The notes below the pieces were generated by a model. The model had not been told where the DNA came from. It was given only the letters and a program-made list of their open reading frames with translations, and made no database searches. From an uncultured Chloroflexia bacterium (GTDB lineage: Bacteria; Chloroflexota; Limnocylindria; Limnocylindrales; CSP1-4): DNA of 64,000 nt. Where the stretch lies: assembly GCA_963716025.1 (NCBI GenBank), contig CAVQSY010000023.1:7876-71875 (forward strand). Reading direction: 5' to 3'. Positions 24,142 to 34,151 of the stretch are shown piece after piece (position 1 is the stretch's first letter; every line of letters starts with the position of its first letter). The translations under genes were made by a program, and so were the position numbers.

Positions 24142-25296
24142 GCCGCCTGCGCGCCATCCGCCTGGTGGCGATGCGCGAGATCATCGAGCGCGGCCGGAGC
24201 CGCGGCTACGTCCTGTCGCTGCTGTTCACCCTGTTCCTGCTGGGCGCCGGGTTCGTCCTTCCAACACTGATCGTCGCCGATCGGGCGACGCGTCTCGCCG
24301 TCGTGGAGCCCGTGCCCGCCGGCCTCGAAACGGCGCTCGAGGCGACGAGCCGCGCCTACCAGATGGAGCTGGAGCTGTCGCGGCTGCCCGACCGGTCGGC
24401 TGCCGAGCGGGCAGTGACAGACGACTCGATCGACGCCGCGCTGACCGTCCCGGCAGACCTATCCGGCCCTGGCGAGGTCATCGTCAAGGAGAGCGTGGAC
24501 AGCCAGCTGCAGGCGGTCACGACGGGCGCGGTGGTCGCCATCCGGGCCGCTGATGCGGCACAGCTCCTGCTACCCCCGGCGATGACCGCACTCGAGCCCC
24601 GGACCGATTTCGGACGTCACCGCGATCATCTTCGCGAACGCGGGCATCGTGCTGATGTTCATCGGCATCGTCACCTACGGGACATGGGTGCTCACGGGCG
24701 TCGTCGAGGAGAAGCAGAGCCGTGTCGTGGAGGTGGTGCTGTCCACGGTCCGCGCTCGCGACCTGCTCATGGGCAAGGTCATCGGCATCGGGGTGCTGGC
24801 GATCGCCCAGCTCGCCATCCTGGTTGCCGCCGGGATCATCGCCGCTCAGCTGAGCGGCCGCCTCGTGCTGCCTCCCACGACCCTCGGCGCGGTGGTCCAG
24901 CTGCTCGCCTGGTTCATGCTCGGGTTCGCGCTCTACGCCACCGCGATGGGCTTCCTCGGCTCGCTCGCCTCACGGGTCGAAGAAGCCTCCAATGCGTCGC
25001 TGCCGGTCACGATGACGGCGACGGCGTGCTACATCGCCTCGCTGTTCGTCGTCCAGGAGGCGCCCGACGGGCTGCTGGCGCGGGTGATGACGTTCTTCCC
25101 GCCGGCAGCCCCCATGGTGGTGCCGCTGCGGGTGGCGCTGGGCGCCATCGAGCCCTGGGAGATCATCCTGTCGATCTCGCTCATGGTCGCGGCGATCTGG
25201 CTGCTGTTCGTGTTCGGCGCACGGGTGTATGCAGGTGCCGTGCTCCAGACCGGATCGCGGATCCGCATCCGCGACGCCTGGCGCGCGCGCCACTGA
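24138..25296 (+). CDS. ABC-2 permease (NatB-like), one frame change near 24600
   Basis: It overlaps the ATPase stop. An N-terminal TM plus a large loop is followed by a multi-TM core in the 24649 ORF (VVEEKQSRVVEVVLSTVRARDLLMGKVIGIG). Confidence 0.75.
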
Positions 25297-25367
25297 GCCG
25301 GGCGCACGATGAAGCGACAGCCGTGAGCCGGTGGTCGGCGAGGCCGCAATGGACACCGCGGCCCGAC

Positions 25368-25946
25368 ATGAAGCCGGTCGATCGGGATCGGCGGCCGACG
25401 ATGCTCCTGATCGCGGACCTGCTGCTCGCCGGGATCCTGCTCGCCAACGTGCGCGTCATCTCGGGGGCGCTGCTCGTCCCCGGGTACCTGGGCGATCCCT
25501 TGACGGTGCCACCGGCGGTCGTCGATGCCCACCTCGGCGTCCCCGCGGCCGTCCTTGCCTTCGGGCTGCCGACCATCCTTGCGGCCCTCGCCCTGTTCCG
25601 TTCGCGTCGCCCCGGCCGGGCGCCCTGGACCTGGTCCCAGCTGGGGGCGGCCTGGGTGATCCTCGCCTTCATCGAGATCCCGCTGGCCTCGGCCGACCTC
25701 ACGGCGATGGTCCTGGTGATCGGCTTCGTCCCGGCGGTGCTCATCAGCCTCCAGCAGTCGTTTCTGCGCCGAATTGCCGGTGAGCCCCGGGAGGACGCAC
25801 GGTGGTCACCGCTGCGCCGGACGCTGATCCTCGTCACCTGCGCCGTGGTGGTCGCCTGGCTGTTCGGCTACCTGGTCGTCGGTGCCCAATCGATCTTCCA
25901 CCTGTGGCAGCAACCGCTCACCGAGTTCCTCCCCGAGGCCCCCTGA
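25368..25946 (+). CDS. Hypothetical membrane protein
   Basis: The in-frame ATG (MKPVDRD) is followed by 5-6 hydrophobic helices. No recognisable motif was found. Confidence 0.45.
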   Translation: MKPVDRDRRPTMLLIADLLLAGILLANVRVISGALLVPGYLGDPLTVPPAVVDAHLGVPAAVLAFGLPTILAALALFRSRRPGRAPWTWSQLGAAWVILAFIEIPLASADLTAMVLVIGFVPAVLISLQQSFLRRIAGEPREDARWSPLRRTLILVTCAVVVAWLFGYLVVGAQSIFHLWQQPLTEFLPEAP

Positions 25947-25991
25947 CGGCCGCTCCCGGCAGCCCGCCGTCGAGACGAGCCGTCGGGCGCC

Positions 25992-26567
25992 TCATCCCTC
26001 CTGGACCTCTGCCCAGCGGAAGCAGGCCACCTCGTGGTCGTTCACGAGACCAGCGGACTGCATCAGGGCATAGCAGATCGTCGGGCCGACGAACCGGAAC
26101 CCCCGGGCCCGCAGATCCCGGCTCATGGCGCGCGATGCCGGCGCCTCGGCGGGGATCTCCGACGGGTTCTGGTGACGATTCACGACCGGTGTCCCATCCA
26201 CGAACGACCACAGGCGGTCGACGAGCGTGGTTCCGGCGTCGTGCAGGGCGAGTGTGGCCCGCGCGTTCCCGATCGAGGCGGCGATCTTGGCCCGGTTGCG
26301 GACGATCCCGGCGTCCGCCAGCAGGCGGGCCACGTCACCCTCGTCAAAGGCTGCGACGGCGCCGATGTCGAACCCGGCATATGCCCGCCGGTAGCCATCC
26401 CGCTTGTGCAGGATCGTGGACCAGGACAGCCCGGCCTGGGCACCCTCGAGGATCAGCAGCTCGAACAGGTGGCGCTCGTCACGGACCGGGACCCCCCACT
26501 CCGTGTCGTGGTAGGCCTGATCGTCAGGGTCTGGGCCTGCGCCCCACGAACAGCGGTATGTCTGCAT
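25992..26567 (-). CDS. tag: DNA-3-methyladenine glycosylase I
   Basis: YHDTEWGVPVRDERHLFELLILEGAQAGLSWSTIL, IVRNRAKI and GPTICYALMQSAGLVNDH are close to the Tag consensus. Confidence 0.9.
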   Translation of the reverse strand: MQTYRCSWGAGPDPDDQAYHDTEWGVPVRDERHLFELLILEGAQAGLSWSTILHKRDGYRRAYAGFDIGAVAAFDEGDVARLLADAGIVRNRAKIAASIGNARATLALHDAGTTLVDRLWSFVDGTPVVNRHQNPSEIPAEAPASRAMSRDLRARGFRFVGPTICYALMQSAGLVNDHEVACFRWAEVQEG

Positions 26568-26682
26568 CCGCCCATGGTGTCCGGCCGGCAGGTCGGCCGC
26601 AACCGGGTGAGGGCACCAACGATCTCGGACAGGCGCGTATGATCGCCGCGCCGGTGCCCGCCGGCCGGAGAGTTGAGGTGCC

Positions 26683-27246
26683 ATGTCGGAGCGCGATCCG
26701 TACGACGTGCTCGGAGTCCCGGCGTCTGCCGATGCCGACGCCATCTCGGCTGCGTATCGTGCGCTGGCCCGCCGCCACCATCCGGACGTGTCCTCGGATC
26801 CGAACGCCGAACGGCGGATGGCCGAGGTCAACGCCGCGTGGTCGATCCTGCGCGACCCCGAGCTGCGTGCCACGTGGGACCGGACCCATCATCGCCCTGA
26901 CGTGGCGGCCATCACCCAGCCATCGGGTACGCGGGGCGGTGTGCCCGGCGACCGGGCCGACGGCTCGCCGCTGTCTGCCTGGCGGCGGGGCCCGAACGGC
27001 GAAGGGGCGGCCGGACCGCCCCCGGGGCCCCGCCGGGGGTCCGTGCTCCCCTTCGGCCGGCACATCGGCTGGTCGCTGGGTGAGATCGCACGTGTGGATG
27101 CCGGGTATCTCGCCTGGCTCCGGGACCGCCCCGAGGGCGCACCGTACCGGGCCGAGATCGACCAGCTCCTGGCCACGATGCGCAGGGACGGGTCGCCCAT
27201 GCCGGCCGCTCAGCCGCCGCGACGTCGCGGGATCTTCGGAGGATAG
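26683..27246 (+). CDS. J-domain protein with a DUF3820-like C-terminal domain
   Basis: It has a J domain (DPYDVLGV...YRALARRHHPD) and a C-terminal FGRHIGWSLGEIARVDAGYLAWL motif. Confidence 0.8.
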   Translation: MSERDPYDVLGVPASADADAISAAYRALARRHHPDVSSDPNAERRMAEVNAAWSILRDPELRATWDRTHHRPDVAAITQPSGTRGGVPGDRADGSPLSAWRRGPNGEGAAGPPPGPRRGSVLPFGRHIGWSLGEIARVDAGYLAWLRDRPEGAPYRAEIDQLLATMRRDGSPMPAAQPPRRRGIFGG

Positions 27247-27262
27247 AGCCGCAGAGTCCGCC

Positions 27263-27811
27263 TCAGCCGGCGGCGGGGTCGAGCTCCCGCAGGAATGCGA
27301 CGATCCGCGCGAGCGCGGCATCCCGGACGGGCAGCAGGCCGTGGCCGAGCTTCGGCCAGGTTTCCAGCCGACCCGCCGCGAGCCTCGACATCGACCCCTC
27401 CAGGAGGTCGACCCGGGCAAAGGGGTCGGATCGGCCTGAGAGGAGGAGGGCGGGGATGTCGATCCGTGACCAGTGCGCAACCCTGGTCGCGGCCGTCTCG
27501 GGGGCGCCGGGCCGGTGAAGCGGATAGGAGAGGCACACGAGCGCCGTGTAGCGCCGCGCCGGCTCATCCTCCTCCTTCCCGATCCCTGCGGCCGACAGGC
27601 TGGCGACCCGGCCGCCGAACGAGTGACCACCGACCACCACACCCGGCAGGTCGGGCACCTGTGCCTCGAAGGCGGCGATCGCGTCCTCTGCCTTCCGGCG
27701 AGGAAGCGTGAGTGGGTGGGCCTCGTAGCCGGCCCCGCGGAGCCCGTCGATCCACGGAGCCATTGACGCGGCACTGCCCGAAGCTCCGTGACCCAGGAAG
27801 ATGTGCAGCAT
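27263..27811 (-). CDS. Alpha/beta hydrolase (KANL3/Tex30-like, dienelactone-hydrolase fold)
   Basis: The start is at the internal ATG ([13 protein letters not shown]). It has the nucleophile elbow GGHSFGG and a C-terminal GHGL. Confidence 0.7.
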   Translation of the reverse strand: MLHIFLGHGASGSAASMAPWIDGLRGAGYEAHPLTLPRRKAEDAIAAFEAQVPDLPGVVVGGHSFGGRVASLSAAGIGKEEDEPARRYTALVCLSYPLHRPGAPETAATRVAHWSRIDIPALLLSGRSDPFARVDLLEGSMSRLAAGRLETWPKLGHGLLPVRDAALARIVAFLRELDPAAG

Positions 27812-27920
27812 GCGGGGACAATACCCGGGCCACGTGGCATGCTGGTACTCCCCGTACCGGCGTCGAGATGGTCCCCTCGAGCCATGGCCGGCGCGATCCG
27901 TCACCGCCAGACTTGGGAGC

Positions 27921-29501
27921 ATGGGTATCGCCACCACCGTCAGGCCGCGGTCGGTCCCGAGCCGCCAACGCACGGCTCGCTGGTTCACGGCTGTCGTCCT
28001 CGCATCGTCGATCGTCGGAGGCGCTGTCGCGCCCGCTCTCGCCGTCGATCCCGCCCCGACCGACCCAGTGGTGGTGACGCTCGAGGATCCCACGCCGACG
28101 CCTGAGCCCATACCGACGCCGTCACCGGATCCCACGCCGTCACCGGATCCCACGCCGTCACCGGATCCCACGCCGTCGCCCGAGCCCACGCCGTCGCCCG
28201 AGCCCACGCCGGACCCCACGCCGACGCCGTCGCCGTCGCCGTCGCCCGAGCCCACGCCGTCGCCGTGGCCCTCGCCGGACTGGCCGACGACGGTCACCAC
28301 GCTGGGCTCGACGGTCAAGTTCTACGGCCAGGGCTACGGCCATGGCGTCGGGATGAACCAGTACGGCGCCAGGGGTCGCGCGGCTGACGGACAGACGGCG
28401 CAGGAGATCCTCGCCGCCTACTTCAAGGGCGCGACGATGTCGACCGTCAACCCCGAACGACTGGTCAGGGTCCGGCTCATGTCCGGGTACACGGCGAGAA
28501 AGGCCACGCCCCTGCTCATCTACGGCCGAGGCGGGACCTGGGGCATCGACGGCACCACCCGGGCGTTCCCGCCGGACGCCGAGCTCCGGACCTGGCGCAA
28601 TGACCGTGGGCGGTGGCGGGTCAAGGTCACGGCGGCCGATACCAGGACGGTGCTGTACAAGACACGGGTCCACGGCCAGCCGTTCGTCACGCCGCTCGAG
28701 ACCACGTCCTACCTGCAGCTGTTCTCCAAGCCGTCGACGTTCGACACGTACCGGGGCACCCTGCGGCTGATCCCCGGCACATCGTCATCGTCGGTCTCGG
28801 TCGTCAACCACCTGGGGATCGACGACTACGTCCGCGGCGTGGCCCCGGTCGAGATGCCCGTCACCTGGCCGCGGGAGGCGGTCCGGGCCCAGGTGATCGC
28901 GGCGCGGTCGTACGGGATCCGCGGCCTCAACCCGGATCGCGGCACCTACGACGTGTACGACGACACCCGGTCCCAGGTGTATCGCGGCATCGAGGCCGAG
29001 CGGACGGTGACCGACAACCTTGTCGCTGCCGAGCCGGGGGCGGTCATCCGCTACAAGGGCGAGAAGGTGATCAAGGCCTTCTTCTTCTCCACCGGTGGCG
29101 GCGCCACCGAGAACAACGAGTACGTCTTCGTGTCATCGGGCGGCACGCCGGGGACCTCGAAGGTGAAGTACCTGCGCGGCATCGTGGACCGGTCCGAGCA
29201 CGGCGTCCCATACGACGCCGGAGCCCCGTACTTCCGATGGTCAACGACGCGGCTGTCACTGGACGCGCTGTCATCGATGTTCCGCAAGGACAGCCGGACC
29301 AACGTGGGCTCGCTGACCAGGCTGGACCTCACGCGGCGCGGCGTCTCCGGGCGCCTGTACCAAGTCGTCCTGTACGGGACCAAGGGCACGAAGATCGTGT
29401 CCGCGGACGTGTTCCGATCGGTGTACAACGCGCGGCGGCCGGCCGGCACGAAGGTGCTTCGGTCGAACATGTTCGACACGCGCAAGATCCCGCGCCCGTA
29501 G
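27921..29501 (+). CDS. spoIID: SpoIID/LytB-domain protein with a Pro/Thr/Ser-rich linker
   Basis: A signal/TM segment ([21 protein letters not shown]) is followed by a (PTPSPD/E)n linker encoded by 18-bp in-frame repeats (~28080-28270). The SpoIID core includes [24 protein letters not shown] and AQVIAARSY. Confidence 0.85.
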   Translation: MGIATTVRPRSVPSRQRTARWFTAVVLASSIVGGAVAPALAVDPAPTDPVVVTLEDPTPTPEPIPTPSPDPTPSPDPTPSPDPTPSPEPTPSPEPTPDPTPTPSPSPSPEPTPSPWPSPDWPTTVTTLGSTVKFYGQGYGHGVGMNQYGARGRAADGQTAQEILAAYFKGATMSTVNPERLVRVRLMSGYTARKATPLLIYGRGGTWGIDGTTRAFPPDAELRTWRNDRGRWRVKVTAADTRTVLYKTRVHGQPFVTPLETTSYLQLFSKPSTFDTYRGTLRLIPGTSSSSVSVVNHLGIDDYVRGVAPVEMPVTWPREAVRAQVIAARSYGIRGLNPDRGTYDVYDDTRSQVYRGIEAERTVTDNLVAAEPGAVIRYKGEKVIKAFFFSTGGGATENNEYVFVSSGGTPGTSKVKYLRGIVDRSEHGVPYDAGAPYFRWSTTRLSLDALSSMFRKDSRTNVGSLTRLDLTRRGVSGRLYQVVLYGTKGTKIVSADVFRSVYNARRPAGTKVLRSNMFDTRKIPRP

Positions 29502-29511
29502 GCTGGGCCGA

Positions 29512-29568
29512 GGGCCCGGCCACACACGGCCCGGGCCGGCCCCCGGGCCCGGCCACACACGGCCCGGG
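29512..29568. repeat. Two copies of a 24-bp GC-rich self-complementary unit
   Basis: GGGCCCGGCCACACACGGCCCGGG occurs at 29512-29535 and 29545-29568, immediately after the spoIID stop. Confidence 0.75.
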
Positions 29569-29570
29569 CC

Positions 29571-29765
29571 CGGCCACGGAGCCGGCGGGCGGCCACGGAG
29601 CCGGCGGGCGGCCACGGAGCCGGCGGGCGGCCACGGAGCCGGCGGGCGGCCACGGAGCCGGCGGGCGGCCACGGAGCCGGCGGGCGGCCACGGAGCCGGC
29701 GGGCGGCCACGGAGCCGGCGGGCGGCCACGGAGCCGGCGGGCGGCCACGGAGCCGGCGGGCGGCC
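29571..29765. repeat. Perfect minisatellite, 10 copies of a 19-bp unit plus a partial 11th
   Basis: CGGCCACGGAGCCGGCGGG is repeated head to tail from 29571 to 29760 without a single mismatch, then CGGCC follows. The array lies between convergent genes. Confidence 0.95.
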
Positions 29766-29926
29766 GACGCCCCAACGGTCGCGCGCCGGCGGGTGTCGGG
29801 CTTCCCGCGCCCTGATTGATGCGGGAGGCGTGCTACTGGGGTCTCCTTCGGGCTCCCGGCGCCCGAACTGGTCGCGCCATGGAACCGTTCGAGCTGCCGG
29901 CGCCCGCCACGGCCCGGGAACGCGCT

Positions 29927-30793
29927 TCAGAGCTCGCGCCGGCGGAACAGCAGGATACCCGCGAGGAGCACCAGCCCGACCCAGACCGCTGCCCAGAGCG
30001 TGAACGCGAGGGGCGGCGGCGCATCCGCGAAGAACGGGTTGGCCCGCATCGCCTCGCCGCCACGACCCAGGGTCGCCAGCAGCACCGCGGGAGGCTCGAG
30101 GCCGTAGATCACCCCGCGCCACAGGCCATCGGTCGGGATGAGGATCCGGACGGTGTCGCCCAGGCTCTGCAGCGGCGTCGCCGAGAACGCGACCGCGATG
30201 TTGCCGAGCACGCCCGAGAACCAGCCAAGCCCGAACAGCACCACGGTCACCGCCCCGGCGGCGATCCCGGGCAACCGGGCACCCAGGGCCAGCGCGAGGG
30301 TGAGCACCGCCACGGCCTGGAAGGCGAGGAACCCGACGGCGACCAGCGGCGCCGGGGGCACGTGCCCGCTGACCAGTCCCACGACGGCAATCGCGAGCAG
30401 GCCCGACAGCACCGCGTACCCGGCAATGACGGTCGACAGCCCGAGCCACCGCCCAGCGACCAGCTCGGCACGGCGCATGGGGCGGGCCAGCATCGCCTGC
30501 ACGGTGCCCGTCTCCACGTCGGACGCGATGGCGGGGGCCGCGAGGAACGCCGCCGACATCGCCAGGACGAAGCTGAACATGAATGCGATCAGGATCAGCA
30601 CCTGGCTGACCCCGATCCGGACCTGGAGCTCCTCGACGCCCTCCTCGCGAGCGATGGTGACCAGGCGGTCGACGCCCCATCCGACGAGGACCACGCTCGC
30701 GATCGACAGCCCGAGGAGCACCCACAGGATCCGCCGGCGAGCGACCTCGCGCAGGGTGAGGCCGGCGATGACGAAGACCACGCTGTGGATCAC
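29927..30793 (-). CDS. ABC-2 family permease
   Basis: This is an intact 288-aa ORF with six TM helices and a GTGA overlap with the upstream ATPase gene. Confidence 0.8.
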   Translation of the reverse strand: MIHSVVFVIAGLTLREVARRRILWVLLGLSIASVVLVGWGVDRLVTIAREEGVEELQVRIGVSQVLILIAFMFSFVLAMSAAFLAAPAIASDVETGTVQAMLARPMRRAELVAGRWLGLSTVIAGYAVLSGLLAIAVVGLVSGHVPPAPLVAVGFLAFQAVAVLTLALALGARLPGIAAGAVTVVLFGLGWFSGVLGNIAVAFSATPLQSLGDTVRILIPTDGLWRGVIYGLEPPAVLLATLGRGGEAMRANPFFADAPPPLAFTLWAAVWVGLVLLAGILLFRRREL

Positions 30794-31716
30794 GGATGGC
30801 GCTCCGCGTCGCCCGCGGTCCGGACCAGGTCGAGGAACAGGTCCTCGAGAGAGCGACGCGCCGGGTCCACCGCGTGAACGCGGCCTCCGGCGGCCACGGC
30901 GACGGCCACGACATCGGGGATCCGCTCCGGGTCCACCGGACGGATCACCGTCCAGCCCTGCTCGTCGGTCGAGACTTCACCGAACCTGGAGAGGTCCGTG
31001 ACGGCGGTGGCGGGCAGGCCCGTGACCCGAAGGCGAACGGCAGGCTCACCCAGCAGATCGTGGAGGGTCCCCGCCGCCACCACCCGCCCGTGGTTCACGA
31101 TCGCGACCCGGTCGCACAGGCGCTCGACCTCACCCAGGAGATGCGAGTTGAGCAGCACCGCGCTGCCGCGCTGCCGCGCCTCGCGAATGATCGATCGGAC
31201 ATCCTCCCTGCCCACCGGGTCCAGTGCGGACGTCGGCTCGTCGAGGATCACGAGCGCCGGGTCGCCCATCAGCGCGGCTGCCAGCCCGAGGCGCTGTTGC
31301 ATGCCCTTCGAGAATGCGCCGGTGCGCACCCGGTCTCGGCCCGCGAGCCCCACGACCGCGAGCACTCGGTCGACCTCACCGCTCCTGGCGGGTGGCACCA
31401 GGCCCGCGAGCCGCGCATGGAGGTCAAGGACCTCGCGGGCCGTCAGCCATGCCTGGTAGCGAAACAGCTCCGGCAGGTAGCCAATGGACCGGCGCGCCCG
31501 GAGGTCACCCAGGGGTCGCCCCAGCACGGTCCCCTCCCCGCTCGTGGGACGCGTGAGCCCTAGCAGCAGCTTCACGGCCGTGGTCTTGCCGGCGCCGTTG
31601 GGTCCAAGGAACCCGAACACCTCACCCGGCTCCACCCGGATGTCGAGCGCCTCGAGCGCGATCGTTGACCCATAGACCTTGCGCAGGCCCCGGGTCTCGA
31701 CAGCGGGATCGATCAT
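30790..31716 (-). CDS. ABC transporter ATP-binding protein
   Basis: It starts at the internal ATG (MIDPAVETRGLRKVYG). Walker A GPNGAGKTT, FSKGMQQRL and LVILDEPTSALD are present. Confidence 0.9.
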   Translation of the reverse strand: MIDPAVETRGLRKVYGSTIALEALDIRVEPGEVFGFLGPNGAGKTTAVKLLLGLTRPTSGEGTVLGRPLGDLRARRSIGYLPELFRYQAWLTAREVLDLHARLAGLVPPARSGEVDRVLAVVGLAGRDRVRTGAFSKGMQQRLGLAAALMGDPALVILDEPTSALDPVGREDVRSIIREARQRGSAVLLNSHLLGEVERLCDRVAIVNHGRVVAAGTLHDLLGEPAVRLRVTGLPATAVTDLSRFGEVSTDEQGWTVIRPVDPERIPDVVAVAVAAGGRVHAVDPARRSLEDLFLDLVRTAGDAERHP

Positions 31717-31812
31717 GTGCGCATTCTCGGGCGGATCGCGATTCCGGGCAGGAGGGCCCACGGAACCTGGGACGCTGGTGACACCCTAGGTGGCACGCGG
31801 TGGGCCAAGGAT

Positions 31813-32010
31813 ATGGTCATGACAACCACGCCGACGTTCCGATTCCCCCTCGAGATCGGGCCGATGCTGTTCGCGGACTGCCCGTTCTGCCTTCGGCCGC
31901 TGCCGTTCGATGCCGTGGCCGGATCCATGGACTGCCCCGATTGCGGTGTCCACCTCGAGCTCGGTCTGCAGCGGGACCGCGGACCGGAGACGCTGGCGCC
32001 CGCGGCCTGA
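31813..32010 (+). CDS. Small (65-aa) zinc-ribbon-like protein
   Basis: MVMTTTPTFRFPLEIGPMLFADCPFCLRPLPFDAVAGSMDCPDCGVHLELG contains paired CPxC motifs 16 residues apart. Confidence 0.4.
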   Translation: MVMTTTPTFRFPLEIGPMLFADCPFCLRPLPFDAVAGSMDCPDCGVHLELGLQRDRGPETLAPAA

Positions 32011-32160
32011 GGCGCCATGTGCAGGGGTGCACGTGGCGCGCCGCGTGCCCATCCGGTTTGACCCAGCGCGCGGAGCGTGCCTATTGTGGCGCGGGCAGCG
32101 GGGAGAACCTGCCCAACGGGATGTCCGGACGCGGCCGCCGGCGTCGAGGAGAGGAGCACC

Positions 32161-34116
32161 ATGCGCGCACCCGTCCGTCAACGCATTCTTCGCCTGTTCG
32201 CAGCGCTGGCCATGACTGCCGTGCTGCTGATGCCCTCGATGGCCGGACCCGCGAAGGCAGCCGATCCGCTCGTGCTGCGCGTGGGCACGACCCAGGACCT
32301 CGATTCGCTCAACCCGTACACCACGATCCTCGTGTCCGGCTACGAGGTCTACCAGCTCACCTACAACCTGCTCGTGGACTTCGGGCCCAACCTCGAGCCC
32401 GTCCCCGGGTTCGCGGACAAGTGGGAGCGTTCCGCCGACGGGACCTCGTGGACCTTCCATATCCGGGAGGGCATGAAGTGGTCTGACGGCGAGCCGGCAA
32501 CCGCCCAGGACGCCTGCTTCTCGTGGGGCCTCAACCTCGACGCCAACAACGCGGACGACTACGTCGGCGAGGGCTACATCAACCCGGGCCTCGCCGATGC
32601 CCAGGTCACGGCGATCGAGTGCCCGGACGACCAGACGATGATCGTCTCCACGGTCGACGCGTCGGACCGGGTCCTCCAGACCTACATCCCGATCATCCCG
32701 AAGCACATCTGGGGAGACACCGACTACTCGGCGATGGGTGACGCCAAGTTCGACACGCCCCTGGTCGGGACTGGTCCGTATCACGCCGTCGAGTGGCAGA
32801 CGAGCCAGTTCGTGCGGTTCGAGCGCAACCCCAACTACTGGGGCACGCAGGGCGCGGCTGACGAGGTCGTCATCCAGTTCTTCAAGAACGACGACACGAT
32901 GATCCAGGCCCTCAAGGCCGGCGAGCTCGACTATGCGCGCAACCCCAACTCGGACCAGCTCAATGCCCTCGCGTCCGAGCCCAACATCAAGACGGTCGTG
33001 GGCGCGTCCAACGGCTGGACCCAGCTCGCGTTCAACACCTACGGCACCGGCACCGGCAACACCATCAAGAAGGGCGGACCGTCCACGGAGGCGCTCCTCG
33101 ACCCCGCCTTCCGCGACGCTCTCGGCTACGCCATTGACAAGGATGTCCTGGTCGACCGGATCCTTGGCGGCTACGGCGACCCGGGAAACACGATCGTGCC
33201 GCCGGTCCTGGGCAAGTGGCATGTTGACCCCACGACTCCCCGGTCGTTCAACATCGACCTTGCCAAGCAGAAGCTCGACGCGGCCGGATACCCCCTCGAC
33301 GGGAGCACCCGCCTCGACAAGCAGGGCAAGCCGATCAGCCTGCGGCTGTACTACCCCAACACGGATTCGAGCTACGACAAGACCGCCCAGTTCGTGAAGG
33401 ACTGGTACGGGCAGCTGGGCATCAAGGTCTCCACGCAGCCGTACGACTCCTCGACCCTGGCGGACATCGTCCTGCCGCCGGAGGCGTGCCCCAAGAGGGA
33501 CCCGAACTGCCCCGAGTACCGGGCCGACTACGACATCGAGCTGTGGGGCTGGGCCTGGGGGCCGGATCCCAACGGCATGACGCAGATCTTCCGGTGCGAC
33601 TACATCGGCAGCTCGTCGGACAGCCAGTACTGCAACCCCGAGTACGACAAGCTGTATGACCAGCAGGCCACCGCGACGTCGGACGACGAGCGCCAGGCCA
33701 TCCTCGCCGAGATGCAGAACCTGATCTACGACGAGGCGCCATACGACGTCCTGTTCTACGACTCGGCCCTGGCCGCGTATCGCACGGACAAGTTCGCCGG
33801 CTGGCAGAACCAGCCGATCGACAACGGGACGCCGCTGTTCACCTACGGCACGCTCCAGTACACGATGCTGACCGATGCGACCAAGGTGGCGGAGACCCCG
33901 TCGCCGGCGGCCGAGAGCCTGGCACCCGGTGTCACCGCAGCGCCGACGTCGGCGACCGCGACGGCGTCACCGGGCTCGGACGATGGCTCGACGACGGGCG
34001 GCGGAGACAACAGCGCCCTGATCATCGGCGCCATCGTGGTCGTCGTGGTCGTGGTGGTCGCCGGGCTGGTGATGGCCCGTCGACGATCCGCCGGCCAGGC
34101 GGAAGAAGAGGAGTAG
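32161..34116 (+). CDS. ABC peptide/nickel substrate-binding protein (family 5, DppA/OppA-like) with a C-terminal TM anchor
   Basis: The ATG follows GGAGAGGAG. It has a signal peptide without a lipobox Cys and an SBP_bac_5-type core (LRVGTTQDLDSLNPY, FHIREGMKWSDGEP). The tail is ALIIGAIVVVVVVVVAGLVMARRR. Confidence 0.85.
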   Translation: MRAPVRQRILRLFAALAMTAVLLMPSMAGPAKAADPLVLRVGTTQDLDSLNPYTTILVSGYEVYQLTYNLLVDFGPNLEPVPGFADKWERSADGTSWTFHIREGMKWSDGEPATAQDACFSWGLNLDANNADDYVGEGYINPGLADAQVTAIECPDDQTMIVSTVDASDRVLQTYIPIIPKHIWGDTDYSAMGDAKFDTPLVGTGPYHAVEWQTSQFVRFERNPNYWGTQGAADEVVIQFFKNDDTMIQALKAGELDYARNPNSDQLNALASEPNIKTVVGASNGWTQLAFNTYGTGTGNTIKKGGPSTEALLDPAFRDALGYAIDKDVLVDRILGGYGDPGNTIVPPVLGKWHVDPTTPRSFNIDLAKQKLDAAGYPLDGSTRLDKQGKPISLRLYYPNTDSSYDKTAQFVKDWYGQLGIKVSTQPYDSSTLADIVLPPEACPKRDPNCPEYRADYDIELWGWAWGPDPNGMTQIFRCDYIGSSSDSQYCNPEYDKLYDQQATATSDDERQAILAEMQNLIYDEAPYDVLFYDSALAAYRTDKFAGWQNQPIDNGTPLFTYGTLQYTMLTDATKVAETPSPAAESLAPGVTAAPTSATATASPGSDDGSTTGGGDNSALIIGAIVVVVVVVVAGLVMARRRSAGQAEEEE

Positions 34117-34151
34117 CCCCCACTCCCCGCCTCCGCTCGGGTTGACCGCGG

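Noticed and set aside
28080-28270. 18-bp DNA repeats (CCGTCACCGGATCCCACG-like) considered as a separate repeat element.
   Set aside because: They are in frame and encode the (PTPSPD/E)n linker of the SpoIID-domain protein. This is a coding low-complexity region, not an independent element.
29571-29760. The regular 19-bp repeat array considered as a CRISPR array.
   Set aside because: The units are contiguous with no spacers and the unit is too short. No leader or cas genes are nearby. It is a tandem minisatellite.
28613-29815. A 400-aa ORF whose C-terminus shows a repeated peptide ATEPAGGHGAGGRPRSRRA.
   Set aside because: It overlaps the well-supported spoIID frame. The peptide periodicity simply reflects reading three 19-bp DNA units (57 bp) through an intergenic minisatellite.
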